Shown here piece after piece: positions 1 to 8,758 of a DNA stretch of 64,000 bases. Origin of the DNA: Pseudomonadota bacterium (GTDB lineage: Bacteria > Pseudomonadota > Gammaproteobacteria > Steroidobacterales > Steroidobacteraceae); the NCBI GenBank assembly GCA_021816775.1, contig JAKAXA010000002.1:121113-185112 (forward strand). Direction: 5' to 3'. Position 1 is the stretch's first letter. Each line of letters begins with the position of its first letter. A program made the translations under genes and the position numbers. The notes below the pieces were generated by a model. It ran no database searches and had not been told where the DNA came from. It saw only the letters and a list, made by a program, of their open reading frames with translations.

Positions 1-1412
1 CCGTTCCAGCAGGTGGTGCGGCAGGGACAGTCCGTCCACATCATGCGGATGCGCGCACCTTCCTTGCTGGCGATGGGAAACTGATATTCCATGAACTGGT
101 TGGCCACGTTGCCCTCGATGGAACCAATGCCATGGAACCTGAGTGGCTCCTCGGTGAGCAGATGGGTGTGCACCAGCGTCTTCGGCAACGCCGATTCCTG
201 CCAGTTGGCGATGGACGACAGGGTCGGGATAGCCAGTCTTTCCTCGATTTCGGGATTGAAAAATGAGGTGCCGGCCAAGCCCTCCATACGCGGCATGCCC
301 CAATAGGTCATCTGGTGCTGGTGCACGCCCGGCTTGCCGAGGCCCTGCATGCCGAGCAGGCAAACCTCCATGCGCGCCGGCTCGTGCGAATACGGGCCGC
401 GGGTATAGCCGCCGCCGAAGTAATGCGCGATGGAGGTGCGCTTCTTGGCAAACTCGCGTGCCAGAGCCTTGATGGTCCACTCCGGCACGCCGCATTTGGG
501 CGAGGCCCACTCCGGCGTCTTCGGCACGCCGTCGGACTCGCCCATCACGTACGCCGAGAACTTGTCGAAGCCCACGACGTGGGTGGCGACGTATTCCTTG
601 TCGTAACTGCCTTCCTTGATCCAGGTATATGCGATGGCCAGCTGCATCGCCACATCGGTGTTCGGCAGCACCGGAATCCATTTGTTCGCATGCACCGCGG
701 CGCCGTAGTTCAGGTCCGGGCAGATGTACACCTGCTTGATGCCGATGTCGCGCCAGAAATACATCAGCCGGCTGGCGAACTGGCCGGTGAAGCCCCAGGG
801 CGTCGTCTCCGGGTCGCAGCCCCAGAACAGGCACATCTCAGTGTGCTCGGTCGAGTCCTTCACGATGTTGGCCGCGGGCCAATACATGCCTTGCGTACCC
901 TGTCCCCAGACATGCTTGGCGCCCCAGTACCAGCCCTCCCAGCTGTCCGGATTGCGCACCTGCAGCGTAAAGCCGCCCATGTGATCGAGCAGCAGACCCG
1001 GTTGGCCGTGCGGCGAATGAATCGTCTTGCACTCCCCGTGGCCGTCGCCCTGCATCAGAATCGCGTTGACCCCGTATTGCGCATGAATCCGCCGGATCTC
1101 GTCGGCGATGATCGTGGTCACCTCGTCCCACGAGGCGCGGCGGAACTTGCTCTTGCCGCGATTCTGCGGATTGCGCTCGCCGTAAGGGTCCCAGTCGACC
1201 CGGATCAGCGGGTACTTGATGCGGTTCGGCGAGTACACCCGCTTCTTGTACGCCAGCGAGTACGGTGACGGCATCGACTTCCATTTGGGCTCGAGCACCT
1301 TGCCGTTCTTCTCGATTTTCCAGGTGCGGATCTTGGTGCGGTCATACTTCTCGTCGAAGCGGAAGGGCCGCACGCGCAGCACCTTGCCGTTCTTCACGTC
1401 GATCATGCCTTC
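1..1412. repeat. Direct repeat copy A, base-identical to 2716..4127
   Basis: Manual comparison of the sequence lines. All six-frame ORFs in the two intervals have identical translations (91..306=2806..3021; 315..1268=3030..3983; 838..1284=3553..3999). First mismatch is at 1413/4128. The left boundary is unknown because the window starts inside the repeat. Confidence 0.95.
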
Positions 1413-1484
1413 CGCGCCGCCACCGAGGTGCCCGCCCAGTCCGAGCGATCGGTAGACCGTCTTGTCGCCTCTAGTTCCACCCAT
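1..1484 (-). CDS. Mo-bisPGD oxidoreductase, pyrogallol-transhydroxylase large-subunit (AthL)-like, paralog A; partial, 3' end outside window
   Basis: Open frame from ATG 1484-1482 (MGGTRGDKTVYRSLGLGGHLGGGAEGMIDVKNGKVLRVRPF...) running off the left edge. It is absent from the ORF track because it has no stop in the window. Same frame and sequence as paralog B over nt 1-1412. Confidence 0.8.
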   Translation of the reverse strand, partial: MGGTRGDKTVYRSLGLGGHLGGGAEGMIDVKNGKVLRVRPFRFDEKYDRTKIRTWKIEKNGKVLEPKWKSMPSPYSLAYKKRVYSPNRIKYPLIRVDWDPYGERNPQNRGKSKFRRASWDEVTTIIADEIRRIHAQYGVNAILMQGDGHGECKTIHSPHGQPGLLLDHMGGFTLQVRNPDSWEGWYWGAKHVWGQGTQGMYWPAANIVKDSTEHTEMCLFWGCDPETTPWGFTGQFASRLMYFWRDIGIKQVYICPDLNYGAAVHANKWIPVLPNTDVAMQLAIAYTWIKEGSYDKEYVATHVVGFDKFSAYVMGESDGVPKTPEWASPKCGVPEWTIKALAREFAKKRTSIAHYFGGGYTRGPYSHEPARMEVCLLGMQGLGKPGVHQHQMTYWGMPRMEGLAGTSFFNPEIEERLAIPTLSSIANWQESALPKTLVHTHLLTEEPLRFHGIGSIEGNVANQFMEYQFPIASKEGARIRMMWTDCPCRTTCWN

Positions 1485-1580
1485 CTGCGTCACCCTATGT
1501 CCGACTTGCCACATGAGGCTGCAACGGCGCTGGCCTGCACGAGAGCCACCACAGCCCACCTCGGGCGCAATACTGACCGC

Positions 1581-4199
1581 TCAGGCTCGCGCATCGGACT
1601 CGTCTTCCTGAACGACCCACGCTTCGAAGCGCAGGCCCGCGGCCGGATCGTAGGATCTTGCGAAAGCCTTGGGGTTTGCCGCCCGCCACTCATCCCACTC
1701 CTCGCCCGTCACCTTGGCGACCTCGACCAGGTAGCCGCTGGTCGCCTGGCCCACCGCGTTCTTCGAGGTGGTGCCGGTGGGAGCGATGGTGTTGATGGCG
1801 CCGCCGCGATCCACCTTGCCGAGAATGATCGGATCGATGCGCGCGCCGTGATCAATGTAGGCGACCCCGGGGCGCAGCCGCTCGGTGACGTACGCGCCAC
1901 CGAGCACGATGCCGCGCTCGTTGAAGATTTTGATGATGTCGCCGTGCTTGATGCCGCGCTTGGCCGCCTCGGAGGTGTGGATCCAGATCGGCTCATACTT
2001 GTAGCCGTCGGGACCTGTGATCTTGCAGGTCGGCGCCTCGCGCGTCCAAGCGATGTCATCGCACTGGGCGTGCACGCGCCAGCGGCCGTGGTTCGACATC
2101 AGCAGCAGCGGATAGGCCTTGGCGCGCGGGCTGGACAGCCGCTCGTCATGCATCTCGCTCTTTTCCACCCATTGGGGGCTCGGCGGACGCTCTTTGTCCT
2201 CCGGGAAGTGCTTGGCCAGGCGTTCGGAATAGAACTCCAGCTTCTTCGAGGGCGTACCAAGGGGGTGCTTTTGCGGATCGTCGGCGAACTTGCGCCAGCC
2301 GGGCGAGTCCTGCTCCCAGTCCTCGGCCACCTGGTAGAGGTAGTAGCCCTTCTCGCGGAACTCCTCCCAGCTGAGCATCCGTTCCAGGCCCATGTAGCCG
2401 AACACCTTCTTCTGCAGATCCTCCGTGGTCAGCCCCTCGGACACCTGCTTGTCGTAGCCGAGCTTCTTGGCGATCTCGTAGACGATCTCGTAGTCGCTCT
2501 TGGATTCGCCGATCGGCTCGATTGCCTTGTCGCACAGCATCACGTCGGCGAACTGGCCGCCTTGGCGCACATTGGTGACGATGTCGTCGACCTCCATGTA
2601 AGTGTTGGCGGGCAGGATGATGTCGGAGAACAGGCAGTCGTTCTCCAGCCATGGATGCTGGGCGACGATGCACTCCACCTGCTCGCTGCGCAGCGCCTCT
2701 TCCGTGTCGTTGCCGCCGTTCCAGCAGGTGGTGCGGCAGGGACAGTCCGTCCACATCATGCGGATGCGCGCACCTTCCTTGCTGGCGATGGGAAACTGAT
2801 ATTCCATGAACTGGTTGGCCACGTTGCCCTCGATGGAACCAATGCCATGGAACCTGAGTGGCTCCTCGGTGAGCAGATGGGTGTGCACCAGCGTCTTCGG
2901 CAACGCCGATTCCTGCCAGTTGGCGATGGACGACAGGGTCGGGATAGCCAGTCTTTCCTCGATTTCGGGATTGAAAAATGAGGTGCCGGCCAAGCCCTCC
3001 ATACGCGGCATGCCCCAATAGGTCATCTGGTGCTGGTGCACGCCCGGCTTGCCGAGGCCCTGCATGCCGAGCAGGCAAACCTCCATGCGCGCCGGCTCGT
3101 GCGAATACGGGCCGCGGGTATAGCCGCCGCCGAAGTAATGCGCGATGGAGGTGCGCTTCTTGGCAAACTCGCGTGCCAGAGCCTTGATGGTCCACTCCGG
3201 CACGCCGCATTTGGGCGAGGCCCACTCCGGCGTCTTCGGCACGCCGTCGGACTCGCCCATCACGTACGCCGAGAACTTGTCGAAGCCCACGACGTGGGTG
3301 GCGACGTATTCCTTGTCGTAACTGCCTTCCTTGATCCAGGTATATGCGATGGCCAGCTGCATCGCCACATCGGTGTTCGGCAGCACCGGAATCCATTTGT
3401 TCGCATGCACCGCGGCGCCGTAGTTCAGGTCCGGGCAGATGTACACCTGCTTGATGCCGATGTCGCGCCAGAAATACATCAGCCGGCTGGCGAACTGGCC
3501 GGTGAAGCCCCAGGGCGTCGTCTCCGGGTCGCAGCCCCAGAACAGGCACATCTCAGTGTGCTCGGTCGAGTCCTTCACGATGTTGGCCGCGGGCCAATAC
3601 ATGCCTTGCGTACCCTGTCCCCAGACATGCTTGGCGCCCCAGTACCAGCCCTCCCAGCTGTCCGGATTGCGCACCTGCAGCGTAAAGCCGCCCATGTGAT
3701 CGAGCAGCAGACCCGGTTGGCCGTGCGGCGAATGAATCGTCTTGCACTCCCCGTGGCCGTCGCCCTGCATCAGAATCGCGTTGACCCCGTATTGCGCATG
3801 AATCCGCCGGATCTCGTCGGCGATGATCGTGGTCACCTCGTCCCACGAGGCGCGGCGGAACTTGCTCTTGCCGCGATTCTGCGGATTGCGCTCGCCGTAA
3901 GGGTCCCAGTCGACCCGGATCAGCGGGTACTTGATGCGGTTCGGCGAGTACACCCGCTTCTTGTACGCCAGCGAGTACGGTGACGGCATCGACTTCCATT
4001 TGGGCTCGAGCACCTTGCCGTTCTTCTCGATTTTCCAGGTGCGGATCTTGGTGCGGTCATACTTCTCGTCGAAGCGGAAGGGCCGCACGCGCAGCACCTT
4101 GCCGTTCTTCACGTCGATCATGCCTTCGGCACCGCCACCGTAGAATCCGCCCAATCCGAGCGATCGGTAGACCGTCTTGTCGCCTCTCGTCTCGCGCAT
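1581..4199 (-). CDS. Mo-bisPGD oxidoreductase, AthL-like, paralog B (divergent clade, no adjacent Fe-S subunit gene)
   Basis: ORF 1581..4421 trimmed to ATG 4199 (GGAGA 6 nt upstream; N-terminus MRETRGDKTVYRSLGLGG parallels paralog A). Motifs: YSPNRIKYPLIRVDWDPYGERNPQNRGKS, NPDSWEGWYWG, CDPETT. No twin-arginine signal and no CX2CX3C cluster motif. Confidence 0.85.
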   Translation of the reverse strand: MRETRGDKTVYRSLGLGGFYGGGAEGMIDVKNGKVLRVRPFRFDEKYDRTKIRTWKIEKNGKVLEPKWKSMPSPYSLAYKKRVYSPNRIKYPLIRVDWDPYGERNPQNRGKSKFRRASWDEVTTIIADEIRRIHAQYGVNAILMQGDGHGECKTIHSPHGQPGLLLDHMGGFTLQVRNPDSWEGWYWGAKHVWGQGTQGMYWPAANIVKDSTEHTEMCLFWGCDPETTPWGFTGQFASRLMYFWRDIGIKQVYICPDLNYGAAVHANKWIPVLPNTDVAMQLAIAYTWIKEGSYDKEYVATHVVGFDKFSAYVMGESDGVPKTPEWASPKCGVPEWTIKALAREFAKKRTSIAHYFGGGYTRGPYSHEPARMEVCLLGMQGLGKPGVHQHQMTYWGMPRMEGLAGTSFFNPEIEERLAIPTLSSIANWQESALPKTLVHTHLLTEEPLRFHGIGSIEGNVANQFMEYQFPIASKEGARIRMMWTDCPCRTTCWNGGNDTEEALRSEQVECIVAQHPWLENDCLFSDIILPANTYMEVDDIVTNVRQGGQFADVMLCDKAIEPIGESKSDYEIVYEIAKKLGYDKQVSEGLTTEDLQKKVFGYMGLERMLSWEEFREKGYYLYQVAEDWEQDSPGWRKFADDPQKHPLGTPSKKLEFYSERLAKHFPEDKERPPSPQWVEKSEMHDERLSSPRAKAYPLLLMSNHGRWRVHAQCDDIAWTREAPTCKITGPDGYKYEPIWIHTSEAAKRGIKHGDIIKIFNERGIVLGGAYVTERLRPGVAYIDHGARIDPIILGKVDRGGAINTIAPTGTTSKNAVGQATSGYLVEVAKVTGEEWDEWRAANPKAFARSYDPAAGLRFEAWVVQEDESDARA
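2716..4127. repeat. Direct repeat copy B, base-identical to 1..1412
   Basis: Same evidence as copy A; constant offset of 2715 bp. Confidence 0.95.
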
Positions 4200-4251
4200 C
4201 GTCGATCTCCGTAATGTCTGATCTGTAACTGTAGTCCGCACACCGGCTGAG

Positions 4252-5010
4252 TCAGCCGAGGCTGTATCCCATCTCGCGCGAGATATCGGCCGCCGCGCGC
4301 GTGAGTTCGTATCCGAGCTTCTGTAGGCGCTTTCCCAAAACGGTCTCTGGCGTCTCGGAAATGCTGAGCGCACCGACGAGCCGGCGATTGCGGCCGTAAA
4401 CCGGCGCGCCGAGCGCAGCAAGTCCGGGTATCATCTCTTCGCGCGCGATCGCATAACCGCGCTCCCGCGCCTCCTCGATATCCTTGCGAAGCGCAGCGCG
4501 ATTGGTGATTGTGCTCTTGGTGAGCGCCACAAGCTCGACGGTGCGCAAGTAATCGCCCAGCTCGGCAGGCGCCATATGGGCCAGAATCGCCTTGCCGATG
4601 GCCGAACAATAGGCTGGAGTGCGCGGACCGATCTGATGCGACAGGTAATCCTCCGAGCGCGGCACGGCAAGATGAGTGATCAGAACCGCGCCGTTGTCGA
4701 AGATGCCGATGCGCGCGGTCAGTCCGGTGCGCGCCGCCAGATTCTGCGCCAGGCGCGCCCCTTTGACATTGATCTCGAGATTGCCGATGTAGATCATGCC
4801 CAGCTCGAAAAGACGGGGTCCCACGCCGTATTTACGCGTGTCCGGATCTTGCTGCAGAAAGCCCTGCTGTTCGAGCGTCGTCACCAGCCCCCACGCCGTC
4901 CCCTTGTTCAGCCCCAGGGCAGCGGCGATCTCCGTCACACCGAGCCGCTGCGGCGATCGGCAAAAGAGGGAAATGATATCCGTCGCCCGCTGTACCGATT
5001 GGATGATCAT
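4252..5010 (-). CDS. IclR-family transcriptional regulator
   Basis: wHTH LGVTEIAAALGLNKGTAWGLVTTLEQQGFL plus an IclR-type effector domain (GIFDNGAVLITH...GLAALGAPVY). ATG 5010 was chosen; a TTG at 5121 is an alternative start but would overlap the upstream gene by 26 nt. Confidence 0.8.
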   Translation of the reverse strand: MIIQSVQRATDIISLFCRSPQRLGVTEIAAALGLNKGTAWGLVTTLEQQGFLQQDPDTRKYGVGPRLFELGMIYIGNLEINVKGARLAQNLAARTGLTARIGIFDNGAVLITHLAVPRSEDYLSHQIGPRTPAYCSAIGKAILAHMAPAELGDYLRTVELVALTKSTITNRAALRKDIEEARERGYAIAREEMIPGLAALGAPVYGRNRRLVGALSISETPETVLGKRLQKLGYELTRAAADISREMGYSLG

Positions 5011-5095
5011 GTCCGTGCGTCCAGGCTCATGTTGCAGGTACGCCGCAGATGGCACGATGTCGCGCAGGCTGACACGGGCCGTGCCGGAAGGGTTG

Positions 5096-6277
5096 TCATC
5101 GGGACGCCGCCCATGCTGCAACCTCCGCCACGGCGGCGATCGCCGCGTCTATTTCCTCTTCCGTATTGAAGGCACCAATGGAGAAACGCACGGTGCCACG
5201 CCGGGCCGCCGTACCGATCCGTTTGTGCGCGATAGGTGCGCATTGCAGGCCGGTGCGCGTGGCAATGTCGTGCTTGACGTCGAGCCTGAGGCCCGCGTCG
5301 GCCGCTTCCAGATCGCCGACATTGAGCGAAATCGTGGATATGTGGTCCTTCAGGCTGTCACAACAGTAGAGCCGGACAGCCGGGATTTCGCGAACCCCCT
5401 CGACAAAGCGCCGCGCCAGCCGCATCTCGCGGACGTGTATGTTCTCGAGTCCCTCGGAGTGCAGCCACTCCTGTCCGGCCCAAAGAGCGGCCACGCCCAG
5501 CATGTTGATCGTGCCGTACTCCAGCCGCCAGGGATATTCGGCGAGCTGATAGGGGTAATCGGAATTCACTCCGGTGCCGCCTGCGCGCACTTGGCGGATA
5601 TCCAGATGCTTGCGCACGCACAGCCCGCCGATGCCGGTGGCGCCCATCAGCGATTTGTGCCCCGTGAAAGCCAGCACGTCCACATGCATCGCCTTCATGT
5701 CGATCGGCACCATGCCCGCGGTCTGCGAAACGTCGAGCGCGAAGGGGATATCGCGCTCGCGGCAGATGCGACCGATTTGCGCCGCCGGCTGCACGGTTCC
5801 GATGACATTGGAGCCGTGATTAACGATGACGAGCCGCGTGTTCGGCCGAATGGCGCGCGCGATATCGTCCGGATCGACGAAACCCGCGCCGTCGAAAGGC
5901 ACGAACGTCGCCTGCACTCCGCCGTCGCGCACGAGGTGGTTGATCGGGCGGATTACTGAATTGTGCTCGAGCTCGGTCGTCACCACATGATCGCCCGCAC
6001 GCACCAGGCCGGGAATGATCAGGTTCAGCGCATCGGTGGCGTTGTAACCGAAGCACAGCCGTTCGGGCGCGTCATCATCCCCGCCGAAGAATCGGGTCAG
6101 GCGCAGGCGCAGCGCGTCGAGCAATCCCGCCGCCTCCATGCCGAGCTCGTGGCCGCTGCGCCCCGGGCTGACTCCGGTAGAGCGGTACGAATCGATCATA
6201 AAGCGGTAAACAGCTTCCGGCTTCGGCCAGGAGGTCGAGGCGTTGTCCAAATAGATCAGTTTCTGCCCTGCATCCAT
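5096..6277 (-). CDS. Class V aminotransferase, cysteine-desulfurase-family protein
   Basis: IYLDNASTSWPKPE N-terminus and PLP-lysine motif FTGHKSLMG. 393 aa. Lies 6 nt downstream of the dsrP-like stop. Confidence 0.8.
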   Translation of the reverse strand: MDAGQKLIYLDNASTSWPKPEAVYRFMIDSYRSTGVSPGRSGHELGMEAAGLLDALRLRLTRFFGGDDDAPERLCFGYNATDALNLIIPGLVRAGDHVVTTELEHNSVIRPINHLVRDGGVQATFVPFDGAGFVDPDDIARAIRPNTRLVIVNHGSNVIGTVQPAAQIGRICRERDIPFALDVSQTAGMVPIDMKAMHVDVLAFTGHKSLMGATGIGGLCVRKHLDIRQVRAGGTGVNSDYPYQLAEYPWRLEYGTINMLGVAALWAGQEWLHSEGLENIHVREMRLARRFVEGVREIPAVRLYCCDSLKDHISTISLNVGDLEAADAGLRLDVKHDIATRTGLQCAPIAHKRIGTAARRGTVRFSIGAFNTEEEIDAAIAAVAEVAAWAASR

Positions 6278-6282
6278 TTGGG

Positions 6283-7470
6283 TTAATTCCCTTCATCCGC
6301 GAGCGTTTCGGGCAGGAACGGCAGCAGTTTCAGAGCAAGGAGCGTGATGAGCACGGCGAGTGCGCAGCCGCCAAGACCGAGCGCGCACTCCGGAAGGCTC
6401 GGAGCGTAGTAGCCCACCACGCCGTCGTAGAAGGAACTCGAAACCTGCATGCCGGGGAAAATCGAAAGCGGCCATGCCTGACCGCCAATGACGACGTCGT
6501 ACACGAGGGCGAGTCCGCCCACCACGACCGAGACCGAGCCCCAGCCGACCGCGGCACGTGAGCGGCGCATCGGCGGCAGCCAGAAAAGCAACATCGGCAG
6601 CACGCCCCCCAGGAACACCGCGCCGAACCAGAAAAGCACCGTGTACGGGCCGCCGCGCCACAGGATAAAGGCCTCGGCGCCGGAGAACTTCGCCTCGTAG
6701 AGCTTGGTGAGGTGAAAGACCAGCAGAAAGTACAGCAGCCCGGCGGCGAAGGCGCCGAGCAGGTTCTTCAGGCGCATCAGCGTCTCGTCCCCCAAAGGTC
6801 GAGCGCCGGCGCGGCACGCCGCCATCAGCACCAGGATGAAGATCGCGAGCCCGAAGGCAAGGGACATCACGATGAACATCGGGGCCATGATCGCTTCGTC
6901 ATACGGCTGGCGCGCCACCAGAAGGCCGAAGATCGAGCCGGTGCCGGTAGTCAGGATCAGCCGCCATAGGAAGGCGACCGTGCCCACCATGCGGCTATGG
7001 CGGTTCAGGCGCTGTTCCATCATCACCCACAAATACCACCCGGTCACCGCGATGAAGCCGGTGTACAGCAAGATGTTCCAGGCGAAGATCGAGCGGAAAT
7101 TGTAGTGCGTCATCGCCACGCCCAACCGGTCCGGCCGCCCCAGATCGAGCACCAGGATGGCCAGCCCACCGATGAGCAGCGCAATCGCCAGCAGCCCGGA
7201 CAATCGCGCCAGCGGCTTGTACGCCACTCTGCCGAACACCGAGGCAATGGAGGCGGTATTGAGCGCCCCGGAGGCCGCGACGATCAGAAACACCGCAAAC
7301 ACGTGCGGCATCCCCCACACCACCTGATTGCTCATACCGGTGATGATGTGCCCAATATGCTCCATGAAATACGCCGCCGTCAGCCCGGCGGCCAGCAAGA
7401 GCGCCAGCAATCCCACCAGCGCCCAGAAGCCGCCGCTGCCGTCGATCTCGCGGTAATGGATCGCTCTCAT
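6283..7470 (-). CDS. dsrP: NrfD/PsrC-type integral membrane subunit, DsrP-like
   Basis: 395 aa and about 10 hydrophobic helices. 4-nt overlap with the dsrO-like stop. Sits in the dsrMKJOP gene order. Confidence 0.8.
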   Translation of the reverse strand: MRAIHYREIDGSGGFWALVGLLALLLAAGLTAAYFMEHIGHIITGMSNQVVWGMPHVFAVFLIVAASGALNTASIASVFGRVAYKPLARLSGLLAIALLIGGLAILVLDLGRPDRLGVAMTHYNFRSIFAWNILLYTGFIAVTGWYLWVMMEQRLNRHSRMVGTVAFLWRLILTTGTGSIFGLLVARQPYDEAIMAPMFIVMSLAFGLAIFILVLMAACRAGARPLGDETLMRLKNLLGAFAAGLLYFLLVFHLTKLYEAKFSGAEAFILWRGGPYTVLFWFGAVFLGGVLPMLLFWLPPMRRSRAAVGWGSVSVVVGGLALVYDVVIGGQAWPLSIFPGMQVSSSFYDGVVGYYAPSLPECALGLGGCALAVLITLLALKLLPFLPETLADEGN

Positions 7471-8231
7471 GGCAAGCCCTGATACTGCACGCCCGGATCG
7501 AGCATCAGATCGGCACGCAACTGCACCGAAGGAAACTCAGCCAGGGCACGACTGATCTCGCTCGCCGGGTCCTTCAGATCCCCGAAGGTCATCGCCCTGC
7601 CGCCCTCGTGCGCGCAAGCCTGGACGCACGCCGGCACCTGCCCCGCATCGATGCGGTCGACGCACAGCGTGCAGCCCTCCACCGTGCCCTTGCCGCGCGG
7701 CGCCCAGGGCTTCTGCCCGGAAATCTCCTCACTGACAAAGGAGCGCGCCTTGTACGGACAGGCCATCATGCAATAGCGGCAGCCGATGCAGATGTGCCGG
7801 TCCACCAGCACGATGCCGTCGGCGCGCTTGAACGAGGCGCCGGTCGGGCATACCTCCACGCACGGCGCCTTCGCGCAGTGCTGGCACATCACCGGCACCG
7901 AGCGCGACACACCGGTCTCGGGATCTGTTACCTGCACTTTGCGGATCCACTGTGGATCGGTGGGCCGCCCTTCGTTCTTCCAACCATTATACGAGGAGCA
8001 CGCCGTGACGCAGGCCGTGCAGGACGACTTGCACTTGGTGGTGTCGATCAGGAGACCCCAGCGAGTCCTCGCGCTCGCCCCCTGCTTCCTGCCCTGCCCT
8101 TCGGCAAACGCGAGCAGACTCACCCCCGGAGCCACCACCAGAGCGCTCAACGCCGCTGTGCCCAGGAAGCGCCGCCGGTCCTCATCCACCTCGTGCCCGG
8201 TTCCCCGAGGCGCCGCCGGCCTGCCGGTCAT
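7467..8231 (-). CDS. dsrO: Periplasmic (Tat) 4x[4Fe-4S] ferredoxin subunit, DsrO-like
   Basis: ORF trimmed to ATG 8231 (ATGA overlap with the dsrJ-like stop). Twin-arginine motif DRRRFLGTAALSAL, then Cys clusters CKSSCTACVTAC, CQHCAKAPCVEVCP and CIGCRYCMMACP. Confidence 0.8.
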   Translation of the reverse strand: MTGRPAAPRGTGHEVDEDRRRFLGTAALSALVVAPGVSLLAFAEGQGRKQGASARTRWGLLIDTTKCKSSCTACVTACSSYNGWKNEGRPTDPQWIRKVQVTDPETGVSRSVPVMCQHCAKAPCVEVCPTGASFKRADGIVLVDRHICIGCRYCMMACPYKARSFVSEEISGQKPWAPRGKGTVEGCTLCVDRIDAGQVPACVQACAHEGGRAMTFGDLKDPASEISRALAEFPSVQLRADLMLDPGVQYQGLP

Positions 8232-8758
8232 GGCCATCTCCACGGCGCCTCTCGGCGGCGCCGCGCCGTGGACGAGCCACCTGCAACTCGCGGCGGGACG
8301 ATGGCCGGATTGCCGATTGCCGCGAGCGCCACAAGTCGCGCCTCGCCGCCGGACTGAGCAACTGTCCCGGCGCCGGAACCCGGCCGGTTGCTGTGGCAGG
8401 AGAAGCAGTCGATGCGCACTCCGACATACTGATGGCAGGCATTGCAGAAGAACTTGCTGCTTGTCACCGACGGATACTTCCCATCCGCCAGCCTCGACAC
8501 GTGGCAGCTGATGCACCCGGGCAGACTCTCCTGCCTGTTACGGATGCCCTCATGCACCGCCTCGTACCGCACCCGCATCAACAGCTTCATGTGATTCTTG
8601 CGCATCCAAGCTACGGGCCGCACGCAATGCGCGCCTTTGGCCCGAGGAATGGCGGGCAAAGCGCTGCCCGTGTGCGCCACGGCCCCAAGCCAGAACGGTG
8701 CTGTCAGCAACAGGAGCAGCAGCGCCAACCCTGCGAGAATCACCGGGCGATCACGCAT
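8228..8758 (-). CDS. dsrJ: Triheme cytochrome c, DsrJ-like
   Basis: N-terminal signal anchor MRDRPVILAGLALLLLLLTAP. Exactly three CXXCH motifs (CISCH, CNACH, CFSCH). Confidence 0.8.
   Translation of the reverse strand: MRDRPVILAGLALLLLLLTAPFWLGAVAHTGSALPAIPRAKGAHCVRPVAWMRKNHMKLLMRVRYEAVHEGIRNRQESLPGCISCHVSRLADGKYPSVTSSKFFCNACHQYVGVRIDCFSCHSNRPGSGAGTVAQSGGEARLVALAAIGNPAIVPPRVAGGSSTARRRREAPWRWP

Noticed and set aside
1581-4421. N-terminally extended versions of real genes as listed in the ORF track. Examples: 1581..4421, 7467..8516, 50580..52298, 51752..52798, 28713..30473, 19654..20898, 45631..46710, 15852..19028, 57480..58211.
   Set aside because: The extensions overlap the preceding gene, are Arg/Pro-rich, and precede internal starts that have SD-like sequences or ATGA/GTGA coupling. 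Family N-termini begin at the internal starts.
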